DNA from: Eledone cirrhosa
Taxonomy: Eukaryota
Assembly: GCA_964016885.1 (NCBI GenBank)
Contig: CAXHJY010000322.1
Span: 124,001-188,000, forward strand
Reading direction: 5' to 3'
DNA: 64,000 nt
Under the pieces are notes generated by a model. The model was not told the origin of the DNA. It did not search any database and was given only the letters and a program-made list of their open reading frames with translations. Below, in pieces: positions 24,400 to 37,290 of the stretch. Made by a program: the position numbers and the translations under genes. Numbering within the stretch: position 1 is the first letter of the stretch; the number at the start of each line of letters is the position of its first letter.

Positions 24400-25200
24400 A
24401 TGGCTAAACGTATAAGTCTCCATGACAACAATCATGTATGAAATGGAGAACAATCTTAACAAAGATTTATATGAAGCATACATATAATCTGACCCAAAAC
24501 GTTTGATTTTATGCAAATAATTAAACATTTGTGGAACTCTAAACACCCAGAATTAGTTTTGGTTCACAATATTTAAATGAATAAGCAAGACGTATCATTA
24601 GGAGTAAATTGATTCATTTAACGCAGCTATCAGGTTCAAAATAGGCTGGCACTATAAAGCCAGCCATTGAAGATAATCGTTCCACTTCTACTGAGGGACT
24701 GACAGAATAATCAGTTAAATATAGCAGTTCTTTACCAACAACTGAAATCTATACCTCTACTGTACAAACAGAAGAAAGCTGAGGACGTCTTACAAGTGAT
24801 CTGGGAAATATTTCAACAGGTTCACAACTTTAATTACAGGTCATTCAACAACATTATGAGCAAACGGTGGATTGGCAGTATCGGTAGAGGGTCGGACGCC
24901 ATGCTTTGCAGCAAAGAGTTACGGCCCTTTATGATCTGAGTTCAAATCCCGCCGAGGTTAACTTTGCCTTTCATCCTTACGGGGTCGATAAAATAAAGTA
25001 CCAGTAATACACTGGAATAATTGCTGGTCTTGTGCCAAAAGTAGAAATAATTATAAGTAAAGAACACAGTAAATTATAATTGAAAACAGTAAATAAAATA
25101 GCAGATAATTACCTGAAGGTCACACAATCCAGAGATATGAAAACAACCTATGGAACCGTTAACTTTTTGATATACGTCTCAGCTATCACATTGCTATCCT
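24400..25200 (+). pseudogene. Heavily decayed N-terminal fragment of an R4-like ORF, interrupted by a SINE
   Basis: Across frameshifts reads MKW..LNKDLYEAY..DPK..FMQIIKHLWNSKHPEL..SQYLNE.ARRII and later VNFLIYVSAIT. This resembles the pre-RT region of R4-clade proteins from recall; not verified by search. Confidence 0.35.
24865..25055 (+). mobile_element. tRNA-derived SINE, full length
   Basis: A-box-like tggcagtatcgg, B-box gagttcaaatcc, central gcctttcatcctt.cggggtcgataaa; imperfect TSD attatgagcaaa / attataagtaaa. Confidence 0.8.
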
Positions 25201-25576
25201 ATCGTGAAGCCACGCAATCGCGATACAAGCAGAAAGCCTGAACCAGCGAAGAAGTATCTCGCAGATCGTTGTAGTTATACAGACATTTCAGTCTTAACTA
25301 ATTATCTCCCCTGATCCATACTGTAAGTTAATACCATCTCATTTTCTTTCTCACTTCCTTCATCCTTTGATCCTTCATCTGTCTCTCTCCTGTCTCTCTC
25401 TTCCCCTCTCTCTCTCTTCCTCTCTCTCTCTCTCTCTCTATTTCGTTCATACCTGGAGATCACTACACCTGGTTTAAATTCCCAAGACACGATGTAGGTC
25501 ATAACGGTGCTCGTCCGACTCAATGAGAAGTTCAGGATTAGAGAGAGAAAGGGAGAAAGAAAGAGAGATATAGTGA

Positions 25577-25612
<36 letters not shown>

Positions 25613-25848
25613 AGGAAAGAAGGAAAGATAGAGATCCCAGAGTTAGCGGGAACATAAGATGGTCGTTACAAACGCTTTATTGACAAATTCAGGAAAACTT
25701 CCGTATCTCTGCCAACGTTCTCTTTCTCTATATTGTTTCTTCCGTTTTTTATATCTTTTCTACTTTCGTTCTTTCCATTCCACTTCCCCCCATCTCATCT
25801 CCCCCCCCCCCTCCTCATCCCTTTCTCCATTTATATCTTCTAAAAAAT

Positions 25849-26764
25849 CAGGGATTTTCAAATTGTGGGTTCCGACCCATTATTGGGTCATCAAGTACAT
25901 AAAATGTGTCACAATGTAAAGGGGGCAGGGGTCTACAAATATATGTGTTTTAGTACACCAAGACATACTGGGTCGTAATATATATTACACTAAGACATGC
26001 TGGGTCGTAATATATATTACACTAAGACATGCTGGGTCGTAATATATATTACACTAAGACATGCTGGGTCGTAATATATATTACACCAAGACATGCTGGG
26101 TCGTAATATATATTACACCAGTACATACTGGGTGGTAATATATATTACACCAAGACATGTTGGGTCGTAATATATATTACACTAAGACATGCTGGGTCGT
26201 AATATATATTACACCAGTACATACTGGGTGGTAATATATATTACACTAAGACATGCTGGGTCGTAATATATATTACACCAGTACATACTGGGTGGTAATA
26301 TATATTACACTAAGACATGCTGGGTCGTAATATATATTACACTAAGACATGCTGGGTGGTAATATATATTACACTAAGACATGCTGGGTCGTAATATATA
26401 TTACACCAGTACATACTGGGTGGTAATATATATTACACCAAGACATGTTGGGTCGTAATATATATTACACTAAGACATGCTGGGTCGTAATATATATTAC
26501 ACTAAGACATGCTGGGTCGTAATATATATTACACCAAGATATACTGGGTCGTAATATATTACACTAAGACATACTGGGTTATTATATATTACACTAAGAC
26601 ATGTTGGGTCGTAATATATATTACACTAAGACATTCTGGGTCGTAATATATATTACACATAGACATGCTGGGTCGTAATATATATTACACTAAGAGGTTG
26701 AGTCGCACCACAAATTGCAGGTCTCGGTGTGGGTCACACTAAAGAAAGTAGTTTTGAACCCTAG
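25849..26764 (+). mobile_element. Putative hAT (Charlie/Buster-like) MITE
   Basis: Left end cagggattttcaaattgtgggttccgacccattattgggtc; right end tgggtcac..agttttgaaccctag; degenerate TIRs, no clear TSD. Confidence 0.45.
25953..26695. repeat. 32-bp minisatellite, ~23 units (acactaagacatgctgggtcgtaatatatatt)
   Basis: Unit starts at 25987, 26019, 26051...; contiguous with no spacers. Confidence 0.95.
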
Positions 26765-26770
26765 ACAGAA

Positions 26771-26843
26771 GTTGAGCAATTTGTGTGGGCGGAGAAAATC
26801 GATTAAATCAACCCTAGTATTTGACTGGTACTTTATTTTATCG
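26771..26843 (-). mobile_element. SINE fragment
   Basis: ctggtactttattttatcg is the reverse complement of the SINE core cgataaaataaagtaccag. Confidence 0.6.
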
Positions 26844-27208
26844 GCACTTTGTATGTATGTAAGCAAGTATTTATATATGCAAGTATATATCCATCTATCT
26901 ATTTATCTACATATCTATCCATCCATCTATCTATATATCTATTTATCTATCTATCTGTCTGTCCATCTATAAGATATCTATTTATTTATCTATATATATC
27001 TATCTCTGGGATGGACACGTGTTAAACTTGCTCGGTAAGTTTTGTTTAAATTTCCTTAGAAATTCGTCATTGCGAACTTTTAATTTTATACCAATTTGTA
27101 GAGGGACTGACAGGTCAAATTTTGATCTGGTCAGTCCTCCAAAATATCGTGCCCCTCAGGGCAAAAACATCCAAAATATTTTTACAAAACAGTACATTTT
27201 TTTTTAAA

Positions 27209-29124
27209 ATGGCCGAAGCACCTACTTTTTTGCCAAAACAAGAAGATGGGAAGGGAAAGCCATGCCTACTTGGCCAGCAGGTAGTAGCAGACATGGACAA
27301 AGAAAGGCCAACATCATCGCCTCAACATCTAGAAATGGAACAAGCTTCAGCTGTTTGTAAGCAACTGAACACGCCTGACGTCACAAACGTCACATGTATC
27401 CACACACAGAAAGATATATATGTAGTAAACACTTCCTTTCGTAAAGAAATGGAAATTCACACAACAAAAAATGAAAATAACAGCCCACAACAGACACCAA
27501 AAAATACATCCAACAATACCAATCAAAAGAAAAAAATGTCAACACAAACACCAAAGAAAATACAAACAACAGTGACAACAACAATAAGAAAGACAACAAC
27601 AGCAAAATTTCTTTTGCTGATACCGTAAACAAAACGGAAATATTTCAACTTTTGGATTTAACCAACGCGAAACAAAAGTTGGAAGATGCTAAACAATATG
27701 TGACTTTTGGACCCAATGGGTCATTTAGCATAAATTCACCACAAGAACTAAGGAGAGAAAATGCCCAGAACACGGTGGTTTTCAGGACAATCTCAAATGC
27801 AGCAAAAAAACCAGCTCAACTATCTCAGAATGAGATTGAGCTAGTATTAAGGAACCACATGGATAACATTTTATTTATTCAGAAAGCCAAACTTTTCGGC
27901 AGCATCTCGGTGCTAATGAAAAACAACATAACAGCACAAAAATATTCCATCGCGCCCATTGTGTCCACCCATTTTACATTTTTCTCTACATACATGGGAA
28001 AAAGAACGCAAAAAATAAAAATTACATGTATAAGACCCAAAGTAGATATTTGGTGGATACTTTATGGCCTAATTGACCTTGAACAAGACATTTTGATCTC
28101 AGTAGGAAAATCCTCCAGAGATATATTTAGTGGGACTAGCGTCGAAATTCTGGTGCAGATGAGCCCAGAACGTATAATGAAAATCCCACAGAGAGTACCT
28201 CTGGATGGACAGACCTACATAAACATTTCGATTGAGGGTAGGCGGCCCGCATGTTACCACTGCACAAGCAGAGGTCACCTAAGGGCTGCCTGTCCTCAAT
28301 TGACAAAAAAAAACCCACTTTTACCAACACCACAAATAACAACACAACCACCACCACCACCACCACCACGACAACAAGAAAAAACTACAGAAAACACTAT
28401 CCCATCCAACCCCTCCCCACCCAAAACAAATACAAAAACACACACAGACACTACAGAACCCCAAAACATACCCCTACCCATCAACACGGATGAGGAACCC
28501 CTATCGACGGCACCCAGCGGCGATGAGGAGGAACCCTTCCAACCCGTGAAAAGAATAAAAAGAAAGAACCGCATGAACAAAAACGAAACAAACACACGAA
28601 CACCAGCACAAACAGCACAAAAATCACAAACAAAAGTTCCCCCTCCCGAAAACAAAACACCCACAACAAAGGGAAAACACATGCAGGAACCACAGACAAA
28701 AACAAACACAACACAGGAAAAGTACACATACACTTACATAAACGAAGAAAATAGAACACTGATGGAGACCATCAGAAACAACCCTTTGGTCAAAACCGAA
28801 GGGAAAACTTTGGATAGCTCCAACAAAAACAAAAAAAATGAACCTAAAACTGATCAGGGTCCCTATAGGAACTTATAGATCCCTAAAAGAAATATTTGTA
28901 GAGGACGTGGGGAATTCCTGCGTGAAACCAATCAACCGCGTCCTCTACAAAGGCCTCCCCACCACATGCACCCCCACCCAAGTCATCCCCATCCCACCAG
29001 ACACCCCTTCCCCACCAAACACCTCCGTCCCCACCCCGTCAAAAACCCCCACCCCCACCCAACAACCCATCCCCCCACCCTCATGGAAATTGTGCAGCCC
29101 GATACCCGGGACGCAGAGATGTAA
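27209..29124 (+). pseudogene. Copy G ORF1 (CCHC knuckle), frameshifted
   Basis: MAEA start, CYHCTSRGHLRAAC, KPINRVL; split over three or more frames. Confidence 0.85.
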
Positions 29125-29147
29125 GTGCCCTTCTCTTCACCACCAAC

Positions 29148-32100
29148 ATGGCTATGCTAAGAGTAGGCTGTCTAAATGCGCGTGGCCTGGGCTCAACTTG
29201 GAAGCAAGCAATGCTTCTAAATGACCTCAGGTCACAACGTATAGATGTGATGGTTATTTGCGAGGTCCGGATCAGCAACGTGCGACATCTGGTCCCCACC
29301 TTTCATGACTTTGAGATGCACGCATCTCTCTGTCAGCCCGGAGGTGGGGGTGAGGTTGTCGTTCTGCTGCAAAAACATCTGGGTCTCGCAACACAGACGA
29401 TACATTTGGACCCGGAGGGTCGACTAGTGGTTCTGGACCTTGGCAGTGGTGAAGGCGGAGCGTTTAGGTTGGTAGCCGCCTACCAATGCGGCCGGACTTC
29501 TTCCATCGTCTGGAGACTTTTCTAGGGACGGCCCACTCCTTGCTATTAGTGGGGGACTGGAATAGTATCCTAGATGCACGCTGGGACTACGTAGGGGCCT
29601 GTCCCGATAGAGAGGGGTGTAATAGCCTAAAAGGGTTAATCGGTCGATTTGACCTGGCCGATAGATATCGACTAGATTTTCCAACTGCGCCAACCTGGAC
29701 TTGGGTAAATCGTAGCGGATGATTTAGGTCGTAGCTAGATAGGTTCTTAGTTAGAAATAAGGATAAGGACTTTTTAAGTTGTCCAAAAATGCGCCTGGTT
29801 GGCTATTCAGACCACAAGTTAGTGACCTGCATGGTCAACCTTGACAGAACGCATAGACAGGGACCCGGTTACTGGAAGCTCAACTTGTCCTTACCGGCAA
29901 GTAAGGCTTACAGGGACCGGATTAGCACTTTAGTTAAGGAGCGGTTGACGGGCGCCATCGTCAACAGCAGGTGGTGGGGATCTCTCAAAAGAGAGATTAG
30001 AGTAGTCTCTATAGAATTTAGTAAGGAGTTAGCCTCAAATAGAAATAGGAAGGAAAGGGAGTTGGTAGATAGTGTAGAAGAGGCAATTAGAAGCGGCGAT
30101 GTGGCCAGAGTGCTAGCGTCGAGAACGGCCCTGGGCCAGTTCTTCGACGCGAAACACGAAGGCTGCTCTGGGAAACGAGGGGACCAAAGCTGTTAGCTGG
30201 GCCCGCGTGACAGAAACCAAAAGAGGGAGTAGATCCACTATCCGGTCTTTGCGAGACCAGGGTGGACGGGTGATCCTTGAACCTAAGCAGATGTGCGAGG
30301 CTTTTCAAAAGCACTTTGCCAGATTGTTCGGAAGGGGCAGGGAGCCGGTTGGGGAAGTGGACTTCGGTCCATACCTCGACGGCCTGCCACGTCTCTCTGA
30401 CAGGGAGACGAAGTCCTGCGAGGAGCCGATTTCAGCCGCTGAGATAGAGGACGTGCTGAGCCAAATATGGCAAACGCAAATCCCCGGGTCTCGATGGTCT
30501 TCCATACGAACTATATCTAGCTATGCCGGACTTGTTCCCCGATCTCCTCGAGGCGGTCTACTGCAACTGGCAACAGAACGGGAGTATTCCCTGTGCTGTG
30601 ACTAAGGGCGTAGTCACGCTAGTGAGGAAGGACGAGAACAAGGGGGACGATATAAATAATTTCAGGCCCATAACTCTGCTAAATACAGAGTTACAGATTT
30701 TGGCCAAGGTGCTAGCAAAGAGGTTGGCGCTTGTCGTGGGCAACCTGGTGGGAGTTGCGCAGACATGTGCCATCCCGTCCAGGTCCATCCACGACAACCT
30801 CCACCTCATGCGATACATCATAGAGAGGGTTGGGAACGAACCCGGCTTTGGTGGGGCCCTGATCAACTTGGATCAATCTAAGGCATTCGATATGGTCGAC
30901 CATGGTTACCTGGATGCGGTGCTAGCGGCGGCAGGCTTCGGACCCGTTTTCAGGGGCTGGATCAATGCCATACACAGCAGCCGCATCTGCTCTAGGGTCA
31001 AGGTGAACGGCTACCTCTCGGAGCCGTTCGAAATCGCGCGGTCCATCCGACAAGGGTGTCCTCTCTCCTCTCTTCTGTATGTAATGACTCTAGAGCCACT
31101 GCTGCGGAAGTTGGAGTTGTTGCAGGGCATCCCGTTGGATCTGGGATTGCGGAAAGCGGTGTCGGCCTACGCCGATGACGTGACAGTAATGGTGTCGACG
31201 GCCTCGGAAATCGGGGCGATCGGCACCTTACTGGAGGAGTACGAAATGTTTACAGGGGCTAAGCTGAACCGGGACAAGTCGATCGTTCTGCAACTCGGCA
31301 CGTGGAGGGGCAGATCGATGCCCCCCGATGGCGTCGTCGGGCGCTGGATGGAGGGCCCGGTGAAGTTGCTCGGGGTCTGGTTCGGACCAGACCTCCAGGT
31401 GGAGAAGAACTGGGGTGAGGTAACGAACAGGGTGTTTGCACTGACCCAGAAGTGGGCCGAGTGCAAACTGTCCCTGAAAGGTCGGGCGGAGGTGGCGAAC
31501 ACTTATATAGCGTCCGTCATTTACTACCGCCTGACCCTTGTGCCTTGCCAAAAGGAAACGCTCGCCAAAATGGAGCGCGCACTCTTCCAATTCCTTTGGA
31601 AGAAGCAATCTCCTATGGTGAGGAGATCCATCTGCTGTCAACACCCTTCGAAAGGAGGGCTGGGGATGCCGTGGCTAATGATACGTAAACACGCATTAAG
31701 GCTACGGCACCTCCAGGTATTCCTCACCGGTCAACCGGTGTGGGCCCCGTTTGTGAGGCGAGCCTTTCCCAGACTCGTCTCACTCACCGAGCTGCAATCC
31801 TGGGTCAAGCAAAGACCGAGAAAACTGGGCGCCTGGCACACCGAGTGTGCCCAAGCGCTCACGGCTCTCTGGCAGGCGGACCCGGCTGTCAGTGGAGAAT
31901 CTACCTCGTCATTCTATAGACGGCTGGTGGTTAGCAAGTGCGACAACGCCCTCGGAGAAGCCCTAGGCATGGAGGAAGACGAACTGGACAACCTGTTCGG
32001 TAGGACATTCAGCCCGGGACCCATGGATAACTTCCAGAGGTCCCTGGCCTGGCAGTGATACCGAGGGGCTCTGCCCGTTCGAGAAAGGCTCTACAGACAC

Positions 32101-32550
32101 GGGCGCCCGGGTAGGGACCCCGCCAAAAAGATCTGTCCCAGATGCGTGTGCGACGAGGAAACCGTTGCACACGCATTGGTACACTGCTCGGGCATTGCCG
32201 ATCTGTGGGGCTATGTTGAACTACTGCTGTCAAGGATGGGACCGGTCCGGTTGACCACCGAGTCTATTGTAACGATCAAGCCGCCTCCCCTCTTCAAAAA
32301 CGAAGGAGAGGCGGTGTTTCTGTGCGTAATAGCCATGGCGAAAGAGGTTGTATGGTGGACGCGTCTGAAAGGACTGAGGTCAGGCACCTTTCTCTCTGGC
32401 CAACAACTGGTCCGTTTCTTCCGATATCATTTCGGAAGAAGGATCAGGATGGAGAGAGAGGTGCTGCACCCCAGTCGTTTTTATGAAAGATGGGTGAAAG
32501 TGGCGAGAATGGCCCGTGTGAATGGGCCTTCACTCTACATCAGACGATAG
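29148..32550 (+). pseudogene. Copy G ORF2 APE-RT-ZnF, disrupted
   Basis: LNARGL, GDWN, SDH, RQGCPLS, YADD, ETVAHALVHC. Confidence 0.92.
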
Positions 32551-32827
32551 GTGAGGAAGATGAAAAATCAAGGGAGCACCCTCTCTCTGTGCTCCTGAGG
32601 AGAAGGGTTGCACACATTTTTTCGGGGGTGTGTGCGACCTCCCAAGGCGCCTCCTCCCTATTGAGGAATTTGTTATAAAATTTATCTTGTTATATTTTAT
32701 TTTATTTTTATACATTGTTATTGCCTCCTCCTTATTGAGGACGCCTTTTTGTGTAAACTCCCCCCTTTGTACTTGTCCTACTTTTTGATGCTCTGGTGGC
32801 AAATAAAAAGAAAATTATCTATCTATC

Positions 32828-32909
<82 letters not shown>

Positions 32910-35900
32910 CTGGGATGGACACACGTGGGAAACTTGTTGGGTAAGCTCTGCTTAAATTTCTATAAAAATTCTTGACTGTGAACCTTCATTTTGATACCAA
33001 TTTTTAGAGGGACTGCCAGGTCAGATTTTGATCTGGTCAGTCTCTCAAAATATTCTACGCCTTTAGGCGAAATAGTTCATGGAAAAAAAAATTGGGAAAA
33101 AGTAACGTTTTAAAAAAATAAAATGGCTGAAGCAACAGCTTCTTCACCAACATTCGAAGGAGGAAAGGGGAATGTGCTTACAGCGTCCCCCTTCCACTGT
33201 CATAGTAGCAGATGTCTCAGACAAAGGTCAGACAGAGGAAGGATTTTCTTCACCCACTGACCGACAACTTGGCGTTGCCATGGCAACAAACCAAAACCAA
33301 AAGTGTAAAACAATGAACAAAAACAACACAACCGGCACCACCAGCAACAACAACAACAATGCTATGAACAAAAACAACACCAACAACAACGAAGACAACA
33401 ACAATAACAAGAACAACAAAAACAACAACTCCAGCACAAGTGAAAACAACCAAACACACAAAACAAAACGTTTGCAGAAAGCCTTGCCAATGAGATTTTA
33501 TAGAAATAGATCTGTCAAACCAAGCGCAGCACCTAAAGGACGCTGCGCAACATATAACTTTCAAAGGTAACGGCTTTCGAATAAGTACCCCACCAGAAAT
33601 TAGGGTCGCAGCTAACCCACATGTTCGATGACTTTTAGATCTACGCATCTCTCTGTCAAACAGGAGGTGGAGGTGGAGTTGCTGTTCTGTTTCGAAAAAA
33701 CTTGGATCTCAAAGCACAGACGACTCACTTGGACCCGAAGGGCAGCTTGGTGGTCCTGGACGTGAATGGTAGTGAAGGTGGAGCTTTCAGACTGGTGGCC
33801 GTATATGCCCCGACTGGGACATCCTGACCAGAGTTCTTCAAGCGTCTGGAGCCATTCCTGGGAAAGTCTCGTTCCTTAGTGTTAGCGGGGGACTGGAATG
33901 GCATGTTAGATGCACGTTGGGACTATGTAAGAGCTTGTGATAATAGAGGGGGGTATAATAGCCTCAAAAATCTCATCAGCCAATTCCAACTGGCTGATAG
34001 ATATCGACTAGACTTCCCAAGTGTACAACTGTGGACGTGGAGCAACCGCACTGGGTCTTCTAGATCGTATTTAGATAGATTTTTAATTAAACAGAATGGT
34101 AAGGAAACATTAAGCTGTCCAATAATGCACATGGTTGCCTATTCAGACCACAAATTAGTCAGCTGCGTAGTCAACCTTGATAAAACACATAGACAGGGAC
34201 CCGGATACTGTAAGCTAAACATGTCGCTTCCGGCGCGTAAGGCCTACAGTAAACGGATTAGCACCTTAGTTAAGTGCCAGTTGACGGGGACGATCGTCAA
34301 CAACAGGTGCTGGAGCTCTCTCAAGAGAGCAATTAGAATAGAATCGATAGCATTTAGCAAGGAAGTAGCTTTAGCAAAAAGACAGAAAAGGAACTGCTAG
34401 CTAAAGTAGAAGAGGCACTTACGAATGGCAGAAGAGCTGACCTGCTAGCGGCGAGAACGGCACTAGACCAGTTCTTCAACGTGAAACACGAATGTTGTAT
34501 TGTCAGAAGTAGAACACGTGCTCTAAGAAACGAGGGAGCCAAAGCTGTTAACTTGGCTCGAGTGGCAGAGGCGAAAAGTGGCAACAAATCCACAATTCGG
34601 TCTTTGCAAGACAAAGATGGACGCATTCTACTTAAATCAAAGCAGATGTGCACGGCCTTCCAGCAGCATTTTGCACAACTGTTCGGGCAAAGCGGTACAT
34701 CGAGCGAGGTGATGGACTTCAGCTCCTACCTGGACGGTGTACCACGACTCTCGAGCACGGATGCAGAGAGCTGCGGAAGGCCGATCATAGCGGGCGAATT
34801 AGAAGATGCCCTAGGCCGCTGCGGGAAACGCAAATCACCCAGTTTAGATGGTCTACCCTATGAGTTTTACATAGGCATGCCAAACTTGTTCTCTGGCATC
34901 CTTGAAGCGGTCTACTGCAACTGGCAGCAGAACGGGAGGATTCCCAGTTCTATAGGCAGAGGCGTAGTAACGCTGATCAGGACAGATGAGAACAAGGGGG
35001 GTGAGATAAGCAATTTCAGGCCCATAACTCCGCTCAACACAGAGTTAAAGATTTTGGCCAAGGTGTTAGCAGTGAGGTTGGCGCTTGTCGTCGAGAACCT
35101 GGTAGGGGAAGCGCAGACGTGTGTAATCCCGACCAGGTCCATACCCGACAACCTCCACCTAATGCGATACATCATAGAGAGGGTATGGTGTAAACCTGGC
35201 TTCGGTGAGGCTCTGATCAATTTAGATCAGTTTAAGGCATTTGACAGGGTCGACCATCACTACTTGGAAGCGGTTCTCAAGGCGGCCGGCTTCGGTCCCA
35301 TCTTCAGAGGCTGGATCACTGCCATGCATACCAGCATCTGCTCGGCAGTGAAGGTGAATAGCTACTTATCGGAGCCATTCCAAATCATGCGTTCCATCCG
35401 TCAGGGATGCCCTCTCTCCTCAATTCTGTATGTACTGACTCTCGAGCCGTTACTGCGGAAGTTGGACCTGTTGCAGGACATCCCGATCGAACCAGGACTG
35501 CGGAAAGCAGCGTCGGCCTATGCCGATGACATAACCGTAATGGTGTCGAAAACCTCGGAAATCAGAGTAATCGGCAACCTATTACAGGAATACGAAACTT
35601 TGACAGGTGCAAGTCTAAACCCAAACAAGTCTGTCGGTTTACAACTCGGCACATAGAGAGGCAAACCCATGCCTTCCGACAGTGTCATTGGACGCTGGAC
35701 GGAAGGACCGGTGAAATGCTCGGGTTCTGGTTTGGTCCAGACCTCTAGGTGGACAAGAACTGGAATGAGGTCACGACGAAGGTGTTTGCACTCACCCAGA
35801 AGTGGGCTGAGTGCAAACTCTCCTTGAAAGTCGAGCTGAGGTAGCAAACACTTATATAGTGTCCTTCATCTACTACCGCTTGGCAGTCGTGCCTTGTCCC

Positions 35901-37147
35901 CGCAAATACTTCACTAAAATGGAACGCCTACTCTTCAGGTTCCTCTGGAAGAAACAGGCTCCATTAGTGAGGAGATCCATATGCTGTCAACACCCTTCTA
36001 ACGGAGGGTTGGGCATGCTGTGGCTGATGATGCACAAACACGCGCTGGGGCTACGCCATCTCTAGGTATTCTTGACCGGTGAACCGGTGTGGATGTCGTT
36101 TGTGAGACAAGCTCTTCCACAACACGTCTCACTAACAGAGCTGCAGTCCTGGGTCAAGCGAAGGCCGAAAATGGTTGCCTGGCACCTCGAGTGCCCTCAG
36201 GCGCTCACAGTGGAAATGGCAAGTGGAATTGGCAATCAGCGCATACTCCACTTCGACATTCTATAGGAGATTATTGGAGGATAAGTGCGACGACGTTCTC
36301 GGGGAAACTCTAGGCATCGAGGAGGACGAACTGACCAGTCTATTCGGGAGGACTTTCCATCCAGGGCCTATGGATAACTTCCAGAGGTCTCTGGCCTGGC
36401 AGTGCTACCGAGGAGCTCTACCAGTTCGAGACAAAATCTACAGGCACGGACACCTTGGCAGAGATCCTGCCAAAAGGACCTGTCCAAGATGCGAGCAGGA
36501 CATTGATATCGTTCTGCACGCAATTGTTCAGTGCCCGGGGGTGACCGACCTGTGGAATTATGTCGAACAGCTACTGTCACGTGTGGGACGCATCCAGTTG
36601 TCAGCCGAGTCCATCGTGAAGATCACCCCGCCGCCTTTATTTAAGAATGAAGGAGAGGCGGTTTTCCTCTGTCTGGTGGCTATGGCGAAAGAGGTAATAT
36701 GGTGGACGAGGTTAAAAGGACTGAGGGCAAACACCTTTCTCTCCGGACAACAACTTATCGCCTTCTTTAAGTATCACTTCAGAAGGAAGGTGAGAGTGGA
36801 GAGAGAGGTGCTATATCCCAGTAAATTCACTGAAAGGTGGGTAAATGTGACGAAAATGGCCCGAGTGAATGGGCCTTCTCTGTATACAAACCTGTAGGCT
36901 GAGGAAGACAAACAGAGGGAAGACGGGAAAACCAACAAAACGTGTTCCTGGTGTTGAGGGTTGTTCTATCCACGGGGTGTAAAATAACCCTGCAGTAACG
37001 TTTCCCTCTATTGGGGATTTCAATTTGTTATTTTCTTATATATATAGTTTATTGTTATATTAAAGTTATATGATTTTTATGTAACACCCCCGCCGTCACG
37101 TCTTGTAATGTCCCATTTTCGTACGCCCCTGTGGCAAATAAAGAAAG
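32910..37147 (+). mobile_element. Tx1/L1-clade copy H, both ends intact, ~1.6-kb internal deletion of most of ORF1 and the start of ORF2
   Basis: Same 5' end as G; ORF1 from 33123 jumps at ~33606 into APE codons; RT YADD present; ends GTGGCAAATAAAGAAAG followed by degenerate (TATC)n. Confidence 0.9.
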
Positions 37148-37290
37148 ATATCTATCTGTCCATCTATTTCTCTCACTATTTATCTACATATCCATCTATC
37201 TATCCATCTCTCTATATATTTATCCATTCTTGCTATTTATTTATCTACATTTCTATCTAATTATCTAACTGCTTATCTATCTGGTCTATC

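Larger units (their letters stand above)
27006..32814 (+). mobile_element. Tx1/L1-clade copy G, full length, degenerate
   Basis: Starts ctgggatggacac after a degenerate (TATC)n; ORF1 27209-29124; ORF2 29148-32550; ends GTGGCAAATAAAAAGAAAA followed by (TATC)n 32816-32909. Confidence 0.92.

Noticed and set aside
24865-24955. tRNA gene
   Set aside because: A/B boxes are present but there is no cloverleaf, and it continues into a repeated SINE body.
25953-26695. CRISPR array (32-bp palindromic repeats)
   Set aside because: Units are contiguous with no unique spacers, there are no cas genes, and the context is eukaryotic.
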